From NCBI GenBank assembly GCA_946546165.1, contig CAMNNX010000001.1:25716-89715 (forward strand): a stretch of DNA of 64,000 nucleotides. The letters run 5' to 3'. The stretch's first letter is position 1; the number at the start of each line of letters is the position of its first letter. A program made the translations under genes and the position numbers. This document shows, piece by piece, positions 41,794-51,171 of this stretch. Under the pieces are notes generated by a model. The model searched no databases. It was not told the origin of the DNA and was given only the letters and a program-made list of their open reading frames with translations. The DNA is from an uncultured Prevotella sp. GTDB lineage: Bacteria > Bacteroidota > Bacteroidia > Bacteroidales > Bacteroidaceae.

Positions 41794-42540
41794 ATGCCGG
41801 TATTCAATGTGACTGCTTCGAGCAGAGTGGGCCGCGTCAGGGCCAAGAACGAGGATATGGTCCTGGTGGGCGACCGTATCGTACGTGATGGTGAGGCGAC
41901 TGCTGTCGTGTCGCTGGCTGACACCGACCGTCTGGTCATCGCACTGGCCGACGGCATGGGAGGCCATCTCGGAGGCGACGTGGCCAGTGCCGACACGATA
42001 GAGAATCTGCGATACTTCTTCTCCGACCTTCCCGTAGGGCTGAGTCAGGAGCAGTTTCGCGAGTGCATCGTACATTGGCACGCCAGCATCCATTCCATCC
42101 TCGACTCGAAAGGCCGCGCCGACGAGCGCTACGACAAGATGGGCACCACGCTGGTGGCACTGGTAGGCTACGACGGCCATTTCTATTGGCTCAACTGTGG
42201 CGACAGCCGTCTGTACAGCCTGCACGGGGGACAACTGCAACAGGTCACCACCGACCATTCATATAATAATAAGATGGGAATCGACGGACCCACCAACCTC
42301 ATCGTCAACTGCATTGGCGGCGGCTGTCACAACAGTTATATCGACCTGGTGGCCTGCGACCCGCTCATTCGTCCCGGCGATGTGCTGATGCTCTGCAGCG
42401 ACGGGCTTACCGACCTCGTCGACGATGCCGCGATCTGCCAGATGCTGCAGCAGGGGGCCGGTGCCACTGACCTCTGTCAGGCTGCCGAGGCCGCCGGCGG
42501 TTCCGACAACGTGTCGGTCGTCGTCGTCCGCATAGAATAG
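41794..42540 (+). CDS. PP2C-family Ser/Thr protein phosphatase
   Basis: RAKNED, ADGMGGH, GTT, GDSR, TTDHS, LCSDGL, DNVS. Confidence 0.95.
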   Translation: MPVFNVTASSRVGRVRAKNEDMVLVGDRIVRDGEATAVVSLADTDRLVIALADGMGGHLGGDVASADTIENLRYFFSDLPVGLSQEQFRECIVHWHASIHSILDSKGRADERYDKMGTTLVALVGYDGHFYWLNCGDSRLYSLHGGQLQQVTTDHSYNNKMGIDGPTNLIVNCIGGGCHNSYIDLVACDPLIRPGDVLMLCSDGLTDLVDDAAICQMLQQGAGATDLCQAAEAAGGSDNVSVVVVRIE

Positions 42541-42558
42541 TAAAGTAACAGAAGAAAG

Positions 42559-43476
42559 ATGCCATTAAGACTACCCGACAGGCTTCCTGCCATAGACCTG
42601 CTCAAACATGAGAATATCTTCGTGATGGACGACACCCGGGCTCATGCCCAGGACATTCGTCCGCTGCGTATCGTCATACTCAATCTGATGCCGCTGAAGG
42701 TAACCACCGAGACAGACCTCATCCGTCTGCTGTCGAACACCCCCCTGCAACTCGACATCAGTTTCATGAAACTCAAGAGCCACACACCCAAGAACACACC
42801 CATCGAACACATGATGATGTTCTACCGCGACTTCGAGTCGATGCGCAACGAGAAGTTCGACGGCATGATCATCACCGGTGCTCCCGTCGAGACCATGGCT
42901 TTCGAAGAGGTGACTTACTGGAAAGAGATTGCCGAGATCTTCGACTGGTCGCGCAACCACGTCACCAGCACACTCTTCATCTGCTGGGCGGCACAGGCCG
43001 GTCTCTACCATTTCTACGGCGTGCCCAAGCACCCGTTGCCGAAGAAGATGTTCGGCATCTTCGAACAGGCCATCCTTCAGCCCCGGCTGCCCATCTTCCG
43101 TGGCTTCGACGACCGCTTCATGATGCCCCACAGTCGCCATACGGAGGTGCTCCGCAGCGATGTCGAGGCCAGTGGCGCGTTGACCATTCTGGCCGAGTCG
43201 GCCGACTCGGGCGTGGGTATCGTGATGGGTCGTGGCGGCCGTGAGTTCTTTATCACAGGCCACATGGAGTATGCCCCCAACACCCTCGACAACGAGTACA
43301 AACGTGACTACGGCGTGCGCGACGATGTAGAGATGCCCCGCAACTACTATCTCAACGACGACCCTAGTCAGCGACCCTTGGTCACGTGGCGTGCTCACGC
43401 TAACCTCTTTTATAATAACTGGATAAACTACTACGTTTATCAGGAGACGCCCTATGACATCAACCAGATAGGATGA
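42559..43476 (+). CDS. metA: Homoserine O-acyltransferase MetA (probably acetyltransferase)
   Basis: DIRPLRIVILNLMP, ITGAPVE, ICWAAQ, PHSRHT, GHMEY, YVYQETPYD. Confidence 0.96.
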   Translation: MPLRLPDRLPAIDLLKHENIFVMDDTRAHAQDIRPLRIVILNLMPLKVTTETDLIRLLSNTPLQLDISFMKLKSHTPKNTPIEHMMMFYRDFESMRNEKFDGMIITGAPVETMAFEEVTYWKEIAEIFDWSRNHVTSTLFICWAAQAGLYHFYGVPKHPLPKKMFGIFEQAILQPRLPIFRGFDDRFMMPHSRHTEVLRSDVEASGALTILAESADSGVGIVMGRGGREFFITGHMEYAPNTLDNEYKRDYGVRDDVEMPRNYYLNDDPSQRPLVTWRAHANLFYNNWINYYVYQETPYDINQIG

Positions 43477-45287
43477 GAACGCTCGAACTGCTTGCCCCGG
43501 CCCGCAACCTGGAGTGCGGCATAGCGGCCATCGACCACGGGGCCGATGCCGTCTATATCGGTGCACGGCGGTTTGGCGCAAGGGCTGCGGCAGGCAACAG
43601 CGTGGACGACATCGCTCGCCTCTGCGACTATGCTCATCGCTACGGGGCAAGGGTCTACGTGACGGTCAATACCATTGTATTCGATGACGAACTGGCTGAC
43701 ACCCGACGTTTGCTGGAGCAACTGCATGCGTGCGGTGCCGATGCCGTGCTGGTGCAGGACATGGCTGTGATGCGCATGGCTCAGCACATCGGCCTGGCCG
43801 TCCATGCCTCTACGCAGACCGATAACCGCACGGCCTGCAAGGTGCGCTGGTTGGCCGGTCAGGGCTTCAGCCGAGTGGTGCTGGCCCGCGAACTGTCGGT
43901 CGACGAGATTGCCGACATCCACCGCCAGGTGCCCGACACCGAACTCGAGGTCTTCGTGCATGGTGCCCTCTGCGTCAGTTACAGCGGACTGTGCTATGCC
44001 TCGCAGCATTGTTTCGGACGCAGTGCCAACCGAGGCGAGTGCGCCCAGTTCTGCCGCATGAAGTTCGACCTGCTCGATGCCGACGGAAAGGCACTGGAGC
44101 GCCAGTCACGCTACTATCTCTCGTTGAAGGACATGAACCAGAGCCGCCATCTCGACGAACTGATAGAGGCCGGTGCCACGTCGTTCAAGATAGAGGGACG
44201 ACTGAAAGATGCGGCTTACGTGAAGAATGTCACGGCAGCCTATAGCCAATTGCTCGACCGCTATGTGGCCCGCCATGCCGATGCCTGCTGCCGCGCCTCT
44301 CGCGGACACTGCTCCTACACCTTCACCCCCGACCTCAACCGCACCTTCAACCGTGGCTATACCACCTATTTCCTGCATGGCCGCCAGTCGCAGATAGCAT
44401 CGTTCGACACACCGAAAGCCGTCGGCGAATACGTGGGAACGGTGAAGGAAATTCGGGGCGCATCGTTCACGGTGGCCGGCGTGGCCGCCTTTGCCAATGG
44501 CGACGGCCTCTGCTTCGTCAACGCCCAGCACCAGTTAGAGGGCTTCAGGGTCAATAGGGTAGAGGGCAACCGCCTCTTCCCCCAAAAGATGCCTGCCGGT
44601 CTGCGGCCCGGTCTGCGTCTCTATCGCAATAACGACCAGGAGATGGAAAGGCTGCTCAGCAAGCCCAGCAGCGAGCGGAAAATTGACGTGACGATGTCGT
44701 TGCGCCCTGTTGCCAGCGGCTTCGAACTGCAGATGGGCGATGCTGTGGCCACCATCGACGCCCCGCATCAGCAGGCAGAGAAAGACCAGCGGGCAAACAT
44801 CGTGCACCAGTTGACAAAGTTGGGCGGCACACCTTTCCGCTGTACCGAGGTCGTCCTGCCCGACCATTTCCACTGGTTCATACCCAGCAGCCTGCTCGCC
44901 GAATTGCGCCGAAAGGTCGTAGAGACGGCACTTTCCGGTTGTTTCTACAGTAGAAACACTTTGTTTCCCCATGAGAAACAACTTGTTTCCATAGGCGAAA
45001 CATACCGAAACTCCTATCTCTTCAACGTCTCCAACGCCGAGGCGCGTCGTTTCTATGAAGAACAAGGCATCCATACCGAGCCTGCCTACGAACTCCAGAC
45101 GCCCGGCGAGCGGCTCATCATGCAGTGCCGCCATTGTCTGCGCTACGCCTTGGGCTACTGTGTGAAGCACGGCGGACGACGGCCCGAGTGGCGCGAACCC
45201 CTCTCGCTGCGGCTGGGCGACGGGCGCAGGTTCCGGCTGGAGTTTGATTGCAAACATTGTCAGATGAATGTCTATGCCGACGAGTGA
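43473..45287 (+). CDS. rlhA: Peptidase U32 family Fe-S protein with C-terminal extension, RlhA-like (23S rRNA hydroxylation)
   Basis: LELLAPA, HASTQ, EVFVHGALCVSYSGLC, NRGECAQFCR, KIEGRLK; QLTKLGGTPF DUF3656-like region. Confidence 0.75.
   Translation: MRTLELLAPARNLECGIAAIDHGADAVYIGARRFGARAAAGNSVDDIARLCDYAHRYGARVYVTVNTIVFDDELADTRRLLEQLHACGADAVLVQDMAVMRMAQHIGLAVHASTQTDNRTACKVRWLAGQGFSRVVLARELSVDEIADIHRQVPDTELEVFVHGALCVSYSGLCYASQHCFGRSANRGECAQFCRMKFDLLDADGKALERQSRYYLSLKDMNQSRHLDELIEAGATSFKIEGRLKDAAYVKNVTAAYSQLLDRYVARHADACCRASRGHCSYTFTPDLNRTFNRGYTTYFLHGRQSQIASFDTPKAVGEYVGTVKEIRGASFTVAGVAAFANGDGLCFVNAQHQLEGFRVNRVEGNRLFPQKMPAGLRPGLRLYRNNDQEMERLLSKPSSERKIDVTMSLRPVASGFELQMGDAVATIDAPHQQAEKDQRANIVHQLTKLGGTPFRCTEVVLPDHFHWFIPSSLLAELRRKVVETALSGCFYSRNTLFPHEKQLVSIGETYRNSYLFNVSNAEARRFYEEQGIHTEPAYELQTPGERLIMQCRHCLRYALGYCVKHGGRRPEWREPLSLRLGDGRRFRLEFDCKHCQMNVYADE
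44940..45002. repeat. Three 22-bp-period palindromic units TGTTTC-N7-GAAACA, in frame inside the U32 gene
   Basis: Units at 44940, 44962, 44984. Confidence 0.9.
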
Positions 45288-45310
45288 ACGGATTAATTTA
45301 TATGTGACGC

Positions 45311-46225
45311 ATGAACGGAAAGATTCTTTTTATATTTTATTGTTTATTCTTTAGCGTAGCACTCTCGTCGTGCTATCGCGAGGCGCGACAGACCAGCGAT
45401 GCCTGGATCGTCAGCGAGGAGCAGATGGATTCCATCTCGTTCTACACCACTCATCACTACACCCAGAACTACAACTTCATGGTCAAGGCCGACTCGCTCC
45501 TGCTCGTCTGCCAGCAGCCGTCGGAGGTAGTCAGCGGCATGCTCGTCGACACTATCTACGTGAAGAAGCATGATGTGGTCGTCGTGGCCGACATCATGAC
45601 CCTGTCCACCGACAGCGTCGACTCGGTATGGGTGCAGGTGGCACGCGACCAGTCGACAATCGGTTGGATACACGAGAGCGAGATGCTCAGCGGCGTGGCT
45701 CCCGACAACCCCATCTCGCGCTTCATCGACTTCTTCTCCGACGAGCACCTGCTCATCATGCTGGCCTTCGTGGTCATCGTCGCCGCACTCTATCTCATAC
45801 GCCATCTGTTCCGACGCAAGGCGAAGATCGTACATTTCAACGACATCCCCTCGTTCTATCCCACGCTGCTGGCCCTGCTGGTGGCGGCCTCGGCAGTCTT
45901 CTACAGCACCATCCAACTGGCCGACCCCGACTCGTGGCGCCACTACTACTATCACCCCACGCTCAACCCCTTTGCCGTGCCACTCCACCTGTCGCTCTTC
46001 CTGTTGTCGGTATGGGCTCTGCTCATCGTCGCTCTGGCGACCATCGACGACATCCGCCATTTCATGTCGGTCTCCGAGACCATCGTCTACTGCATGGGAC
46101 TGATGGCCGTCTGCGCTATCAACTATGTGGTGTTCAGCGTCACGACGCTCTACTACGTGGGCTATCCGCTGCTCGTGGCATACATTGTCTTTGCCGTGTG
46201 GCGCTTCATAAAGAAATCCCAATAA
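45311..46225 (+). CDS. Hypothetical lipoprotein/membrane protein (SH3-like periplasmic domain plus TM helices)
   Basis: Lipobox LSSC; WVQVARDQSTIGWIHE; about 5 TM helices in the C-terminal half. Confidence 0.8.
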   Translation: MNGKILFIFYCLFFSVALSSCYREARQTSDAWIVSEEQMDSISFYTTHHYTQNYNFMVKADSLLLVCQQPSEVVSGMLVDTIYVKKHDVVVVADIMTLSTDSVDSVWVQVARDQSTIGWIHESEMLSGVAPDNPISRFIDFFSDEHLLIMLAFVVIVAALYLIRHLFRRKAKIVHFNDIPSFYPTLLALLVAASAVFYSTIQLADPDSWRHYYYHPTLNPFAVPLHLSLFLLSVWALLIVALATIDDIRHFMSVSETIVYCMGLMAVCAINYVVFSVTTLYYVGYPLLVAYIVFAVWRFIKKSQ

Positions 46226-46294
46226 ATGGGGATTGTACGTCCGGCGGAATCTTCGTACCTTTGCAGCCGGATAATAACACACAGATTTTGATTT

Positions 46295-48694
46295 ATGAAC
46301 AAAACAGTATTCCTGGCCCTTGCCATGCTGACGGCCCTGACCGCCAGCGCAGAGACAGAACCCGTCAACCCCACCTTAGCCAACGACACCTCACGCGTAG
46401 TAGACCTCGACGAAGTGGTCGTCGTGTCACAACCCAAAGAGACCTTCCGCCTGCGCCGACAGCCGCTTAGCAGCAGCGTGTTCACCAGCGGCGAGATAGC
46501 CAAACTCAATGTTCACGACCTGTGCCAACTGGCCGCCTTCGTACCGTCGTTTGCCATGCCCGCCTACGGCTCGCGACTCACCTCGTCAATGTATATGCGA
46601 GGTCTGGGCAACCGCATCAGCAACTCGGCCGTAGGCGTCTACTATGACAACATCCCCCTGATGTCGCCCGGTGCCTTCAACAACTATTTCTATCTGATCG
46701 ACCGCGTCGACGTGCTACGCGGCCCGCAGGGTACCCTCTACGGTGCCAATACCGAGGGCGGCATCGTGCGTGTCTACTCCAAGAACCCGATGAACTATCA
46801 GGGCACCGACGTCAATCTCGGTCTGGCCTCCGGTCTGGAACGCCGTGCCGAGGTGGCCCATTATGCGAAACCCTCCGGACAACTGGCATTCGGCGTGGCT
46901 GCCTTCTACCATGGTCAGCAGGGCTTCTTCCGCAACGAGGCCCTCGACGACTATGCCGACAAGATGGACGAGGCCGGCGCCAAACTGCGACTGATGTGGA
47001 AACCGGCCGAGCGGCTGCTCATCGACCTGACTGCCGACTACCAGTACACCCGTCAGAACGCCTTCCCCTACGGTCTCTACAACCCTGAGGAGCAATGGGC
47101 ATCGCTGCCCTCCACCACCACGATGCCCGGCTACAAGCGCAATATGGCCAACACGGGCCTGGGCATCAGTTACGAGATGGACCGACTGCTGCTCACGTCG
47201 ACCACCAGTTACCAGTTTCTGCGCGACCGCATGGACATGGACATCGACTATACCCCTGCCGACCGCATGAGTCTGCTGCAACGCCAGAAGATGAATGCCG
47301 TGACCGAGGAACTCTCGCTGCGCTCGCGTGGCTACGGCATGTGGCGCCATGCCACCGGCCTGTTTGCCTCGCGTGAGTGGCTGCATACCGATGCCGTGGT
47401 CAACTTCGGCCAGGGCTTGATGCGCCCCATCTGCATGGCCATCGAGAACGCCATGAAGCAGGCCATGCAGCAAGCCTTCACCGGTCGCTTCATCGGCCAG
47501 GGCATGACACCACAGCAGGCCGCTGCTGCCGCCCAGGCACAGGTGGCCGCCATGGGCGTGACGATGAATGCCGAGATGGCCGTGCCCAACACCTTCCGCC
47601 AGCCGCAGACCACGCTGGCCGCCTACCACGAGTCGAGTATCACACTGGCCGACCTGCTCACGGCCACCGTCGGTCTGCGCTTCGACTACAGCAAGGTAGA
47701 GATCGACTACGACTCCTACGGCTATATGGTCATGACCGGCGGCACGGCCAATGCATTGGCCACCTATACCCTCGACTCCCGCATACTGAACCACCACTCT
47801 ACGTCGTTCACCCAGTTGCTGCCTAAGTTCGGACTCTCGTATAAACTCGACGGCCGCGGCAGCAATATCTACGCATCGGTCAGCAAGGGTTATATGGCCG
47901 GAGGCTACAACATCCAGTTGTTCAGCGACATACTGCAGGCCGACCTCAACGACCCTGTGGCACAGCAGCAGGCCCAGCGCGGCGATGTCAGCATCGACCA
48001 CGATGCACAGTACTATGCCGACGTCGAAGAGGCCATCAGTTACAAGCCCGAGGAGAGTTGGAACTACGAGTTGGGTGCCCACCTGAACCTCTTCGACGGT
48101 AAGATGCAGGCCGACGTGGCCACCTTCTACACCCGTCTGCGCAACCAGCAACTGGCGGTGATGGCTCCTAACTATGGCTTCGGACGCATGACCGTCAATG
48201 CCGGCAAGAGCAGCACCTGCGGACTGGAGGCGGCACTGCGCGGACTGGCCTTCGACAACCGCCTGTCGTGGGCCGCTGCCTATGGCTTCACACGCGCCAC
48301 CTTCCGCGAGTTCACCGAGACGCAGGCCGACGGCACCGTCGTCGACTATAAGGACAACAAGATTCCCTTCGTGCCTGCTCATACCTTCAGTGCACAGGCC
48401 GACTACCGCTTCGACGTGCCTGCCGACGGCGTGCTACGCTCAGTCACCATCGGTGCCAACGTGGCCGGCAACGGACGCACCTACTGGGACGATGCCAACA
48501 CGGCCTGGCAAAACCTCTACGCCACCCTCGGTGCCCACGTGCTGGTCGACATGGGCTGTGTCGATGTCGACTTCTGGGGCCGCAACCTCACCGACTCCCG
48601 CTACTGCACCTTTGCCATGCCCTTCAGCGGTTCCTACATCGGTCAGCGGGGCAATCCCCTCCAGATGGGCGTCGACGTGAAGATGCACTTCTGA
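46295..48694 (+). CDS. TonB-dependent receptor
   Basis: LDEVVV TonB box, RVDVLRGPQGTLYGANTEGG plug motif, C-terminal Phe; TACCTTTG promoter element near 46257. Confidence 0.93.
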   Translation: MNKTVFLALAMLTALTASAETEPVNPTLANDTSRVVDLDEVVVVSQPKETFRLRRQPLSSSVFTSGEIAKLNVHDLCQLAAFVPSFAMPAYGSRLTSSMYMRGLGNRISNSAVGVYYDNIPLMSPGAFNNYFYLIDRVDVLRGPQGTLYGANTEGGIVRVYSKNPMNYQGTDVNLGLASGLERRAEVAHYAKPSGQLAFGVAAFYHGQQGFFRNEALDDYADKMDEAGAKLRLMWKPAERLLIDLTADYQYTRQNAFPYGLYNPEEQWASLPSTTTMPGYKRNMANTGLGISYEMDRLLLTSTTSYQFLRDRMDMDIDYTPADRMSLLQRQKMNAVTEELSLRSRGYGMWRHATGLFASREWLHTDAVVNFGQGLMRPICMAIENAMKQAMQQAFTGRFIGQGMTPQQAAAAAQAQVAAMGVTMNAEMAVPNTFRQPQTTLAAYHESSITLADLLTATVGLRFDYSKVEIDYDSYGYMVMTGGTANALATYTLDSRILNHHSTSFTQLLPKFGLSYKLDGRGSNIYASVSKGYMAGGYNIQLFSDILQADLNDPVAQQQAQRGDVSIDHDAQYYADVEEAISYKPEESWNYELGAHLNLFDGKMQADVATFYTRLRNQQLAVMAPNYGFGRMTVNAGKSSTCGLEAALRGLAFDNRLSWAAAYGFTRATFREFTETQADGTVVDYKDNKIPFVPAHTFSAQADYRFDVPADGVLRSVTIGANVAGNGRTYWDDANTAWQNLYATLGAHVLVDMGCVDVDFWGRNLTDSRYCTFAMPFSGSYIGQRGNPLQMGVDVKMHF

Positions 48695-48739
48695 AGACCT
48701 TTGCTGTCCTTTAGCAAAAATCTCTTTTTTGCACAATTT

Positions 48740-48790
48740 ATCATACAGGCCTGTTGGATGATTCTGTCTGACAGGCCTGCTGTATGATTT
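48740..48790 (+). terminator. Probable intrinsic terminator after the TonB receptor
   Basis: CAGGCCTGTTGGA...TCTGACAGGCCTG stem extended by ATCATACAG/CTGTATGAT, followed by T-rich sequence. Confidence 0.55.
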
Positions 48791-48904
48791 AACTTATTTC
48801 AGCCTTTTTGTTCCTTATAGGAAAGAAATGTAGACAATTTATAGTCAGAAATGACATTTTTTTTAATTTTTCTTTTCTCGTTTCAAAAAAATTTCTTAAA
48901 TTTG

Positions 48905-49400
48905 CCCCCGACTCTTAATCACTTGCGTTTCTGCTAAGATACGGACTGGTTCCGTGAAGGTGCACAAACAAAAGAAAGTCCACGCCGAGCCATGAGAGGT
49001 GATGCCGTCTCTACCGAGGCGAGCATGGGGTGGGAAGAAAGAGAGTCTCGACATAATATAAGGCGTTCATTTGACGCTTTGTTCTTGACATCAGGAAACT
49101 TCGCAACTTTCAGGAATTGTCAGAGCATTGCAATGGTGAATGTTCTCGGGATGTGTTATATGCATCTCCTTTGTAAGTATTTGTAAACAGACATTAAGTG
49201 TATGTTTATACTGATACTAACATTGGGGTACTATATACATATCGGCGTGGACTTCGCGTTGCTTCGTTCAACAATTCCGGGCAATGCGAAGGCCTCCTGA
49301 TGTGGAACAGGCAACGGTGATAGTTCCACGTCTTCTGTCTTGTCGGAAATTCATAGTTAACTTGATAAAGGGCCGAATCAGGAACTATAGGCTGGCTATA
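48905..49400 (+). ncRNA. Putative structured 5' leader / cis-regulatory RNA
   Basis: TAAATTTG promoter element at 48897-48904; about 500 nt with no credible ORF; 13-bp inverted repeat 48976-48988/49242-49254; alternative stems within 49244-49332. Confidence 0.4.
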
Positions 49401-49406
49401 ATCGAT

Positions 49407-51149
49407 ATGAGGTTAAATAAACTTCTGTGTCTGGCTTCTGTTCTTCTGTTGACGAATGTACAGGCTCAAGATTTAAAAATTCTTGTCGACAAGAAAGGTA
49501 AGATTGGCTTTGCAGACCAAAACGGAAATGAGGTTATTAAATGCCAATATGAAAGTGCCCAGCCATTTACCGATGGTACGGCTATTGTAACAAAATCTGG
49601 AAAGTCTGGCATTATTGATGCAACAGGCAGAGTTCTTCTACCTTTAAAGTACAGTCAGATTCTTACTTGGAACAAGGATCTGTACATCATAAAAGATGGC
49701 AAGAAAATGGGGCTAAGTAGTCATCAAGGAAATATCGTTTTACCGGTAAACTATTCTCATATATCCAAACTTAATTGTTTCGGTAAGGCTCTCATTGCAC
49801 TTGGAGGAAAGGCGACAGCCAATGAAAAAAAGTCATATATGAACAATGCGAAATATGGAATTATAGACGCAAAAGGTAATATCTTGGTAACTCCCAAATA
49901 CAAAGGCCTATACGAATTCTCGTATGAATGTAAAGATAAGCATCCTTATGATGAAGGAAAACGGCTCCGTTATAGTTACCACAATACAGTAGACACTCTA
50001 GAAACCGATTGTAGTTATCTCGGATTTAGCGGGAATGGTTCTTCTATTTACAAGGCAGGTGTTATGGATGGCAATGGTAAAGAACTGATGAAAGCGGGCC
50101 TCTACGATTTTGTTTTGGAACCACAAAATGGAATGGTGAGATATTATATTATTAAGAAAAAGCAGACTCTGTGTGGGTATCACAATCTCACTACAGGCAA
50201 AGGTTTTGAGGTTTCAAAGTTTGATACCTATTTCGATAATATCAATTTTTGGACTCATGGTGATTTTATAGGCGACATTGCACCTGTTAATGGTTCGTCA
50301 TGGACATTTATAAATAAGGAGGGCAATACTCTTCGTTCTGGATTTACATCTATAAAGCATAGTCAGACAACTGGACTTTGGGCAGCAAAGAATGGTTCGG
50401 GTAAATGGGATGTTTTTAACGATGCTAACAATATGGTAGATGCTTTGTCAGGATTTGAAGATATCCGTTTTCCCGAACAAGAGGGAGATAAGGAGGTTTT
50501 CAGTGTGTTGAAAAATGATAAATATGGCTGTATAAACAGAACTGGTGAGGAAATCGTTCCTTTTGAATACGAACAAGCATTATCCAATACTTATGACGTT
50601 ATTGCAGTTAAGAAAAACGGCAAGTGGGGAGCATTGTCTGCAAGCAACACTCAATTGATTCCAAATGAATATGCTAATATACTTCTTCCATCAGAACGTA
50701 ATGCAAAACATTTTTGGGTAATGAAAGCCGACTCGCTATATTACCATCTGAATATTTCGACACATAGTTTGTCTTCTATAGGTTATAAGGTGGCAATTAA
50801 TTTTGAAAAGGAACTTGCATATGTGGTTCCACAAAATATGAAAGTTGAAGACAATCAGATTAATCGAGCACAAATATATGAGCCAAATACAGACAAGGCA
50901 ACTATTGACGCAATTAATATGAGCGAACATATTGGTGCTTTCGTAAATATTATCAACGCAAATGACGAAGTGGTGTTCGATTTGCCTGTTTCTACGTTGT
51001 ATGCAGATTCTGTTAGGAAAGAGATCGAAAAACGTGACAATTGTCATTTATCCGCTACTGAGAAGAAAAATCTCCTACTGTATATAACTCGTGAGAATCG
51101 TTCATACGATTTAAAATCAAAACTTAGTGAAGAAGAATGGAATTACTAA
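49407..51149 (+). CDS. WG-repeat (KWG/WG beta-repeat) exported protein
   Basis: Signal peptide MRLNKLLCLASVLLLTNVQA; repeats GKIGFADQNGNEVIKCQYE, GKSGIIDATG, KYGIIDAKG, KYGCINRTGEEIVPFEYE, GKWG. Confidence 0.88.
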   Translation: MRLNKLLCLASVLLLTNVQAQDLKILVDKKGKIGFADQNGNEVIKCQYESAQPFTDGTAIVTKSGKSGIIDATGRVLLPLKYSQILTWNKDLYIIKDGKKMGLSSHQGNIVLPVNYSHISKLNCFGKALIALGGKATANEKKSYMNNAKYGIIDAKGNILVTPKYKGLYEFSYECKDKHPYDEGKRLRYSYHNTVDTLETDCSYLGFSGNGSSIYKAGVMDGNGKELMKAGLYDFVLEPQNGMVRYYIIKKKQTLCGYHNLTTGKGFEVSKFDTYFDNINFWTHGDFIGDIAPVNGSSWTFINKEGNTLRSGFTSIKHSQTTGLWAAKNGSGKWDVFNDANNMVDALSGFEDIRFPEQEGDKEVFSVLKNDKYGCINRTGEEIVPFEYEQALSNTYDVIAVKKNGKWGALSASNTQLIPNEYANILLPSERNAKHFWVMKADSLYYHLNISTHSLSSIGYKVAINFEKELAYVVPQNMKVEDNQINRAQIYEPNTDKATIDAINMSEHIGAFVNIINANDEVVFDLPVSTLYADSVRKEIEKRDNCHLSATEKKNLLLYITRENRSYDLKSKLSEEEWNY

Positions 51150-51171
51150 CCCAATTTAAAATGCATTAATC

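Noticed and set aside
33918-42540. Type VI or type VII secretion locus
   Set aside because: Kinase/FHA/PP2C and EccA-like AAA families occur in those systems, but no Tss, VgrG, Hcp, FtsK/EccC or WXG100 genes are visible in the window.
46226-46294. Cobalamin or other riboswitch upstream of the TonB receptors (also 63178-63210)
   Set aside because: Leaders between the -7 element and the start codon are only about 30 nt, too short for a riboswitch.
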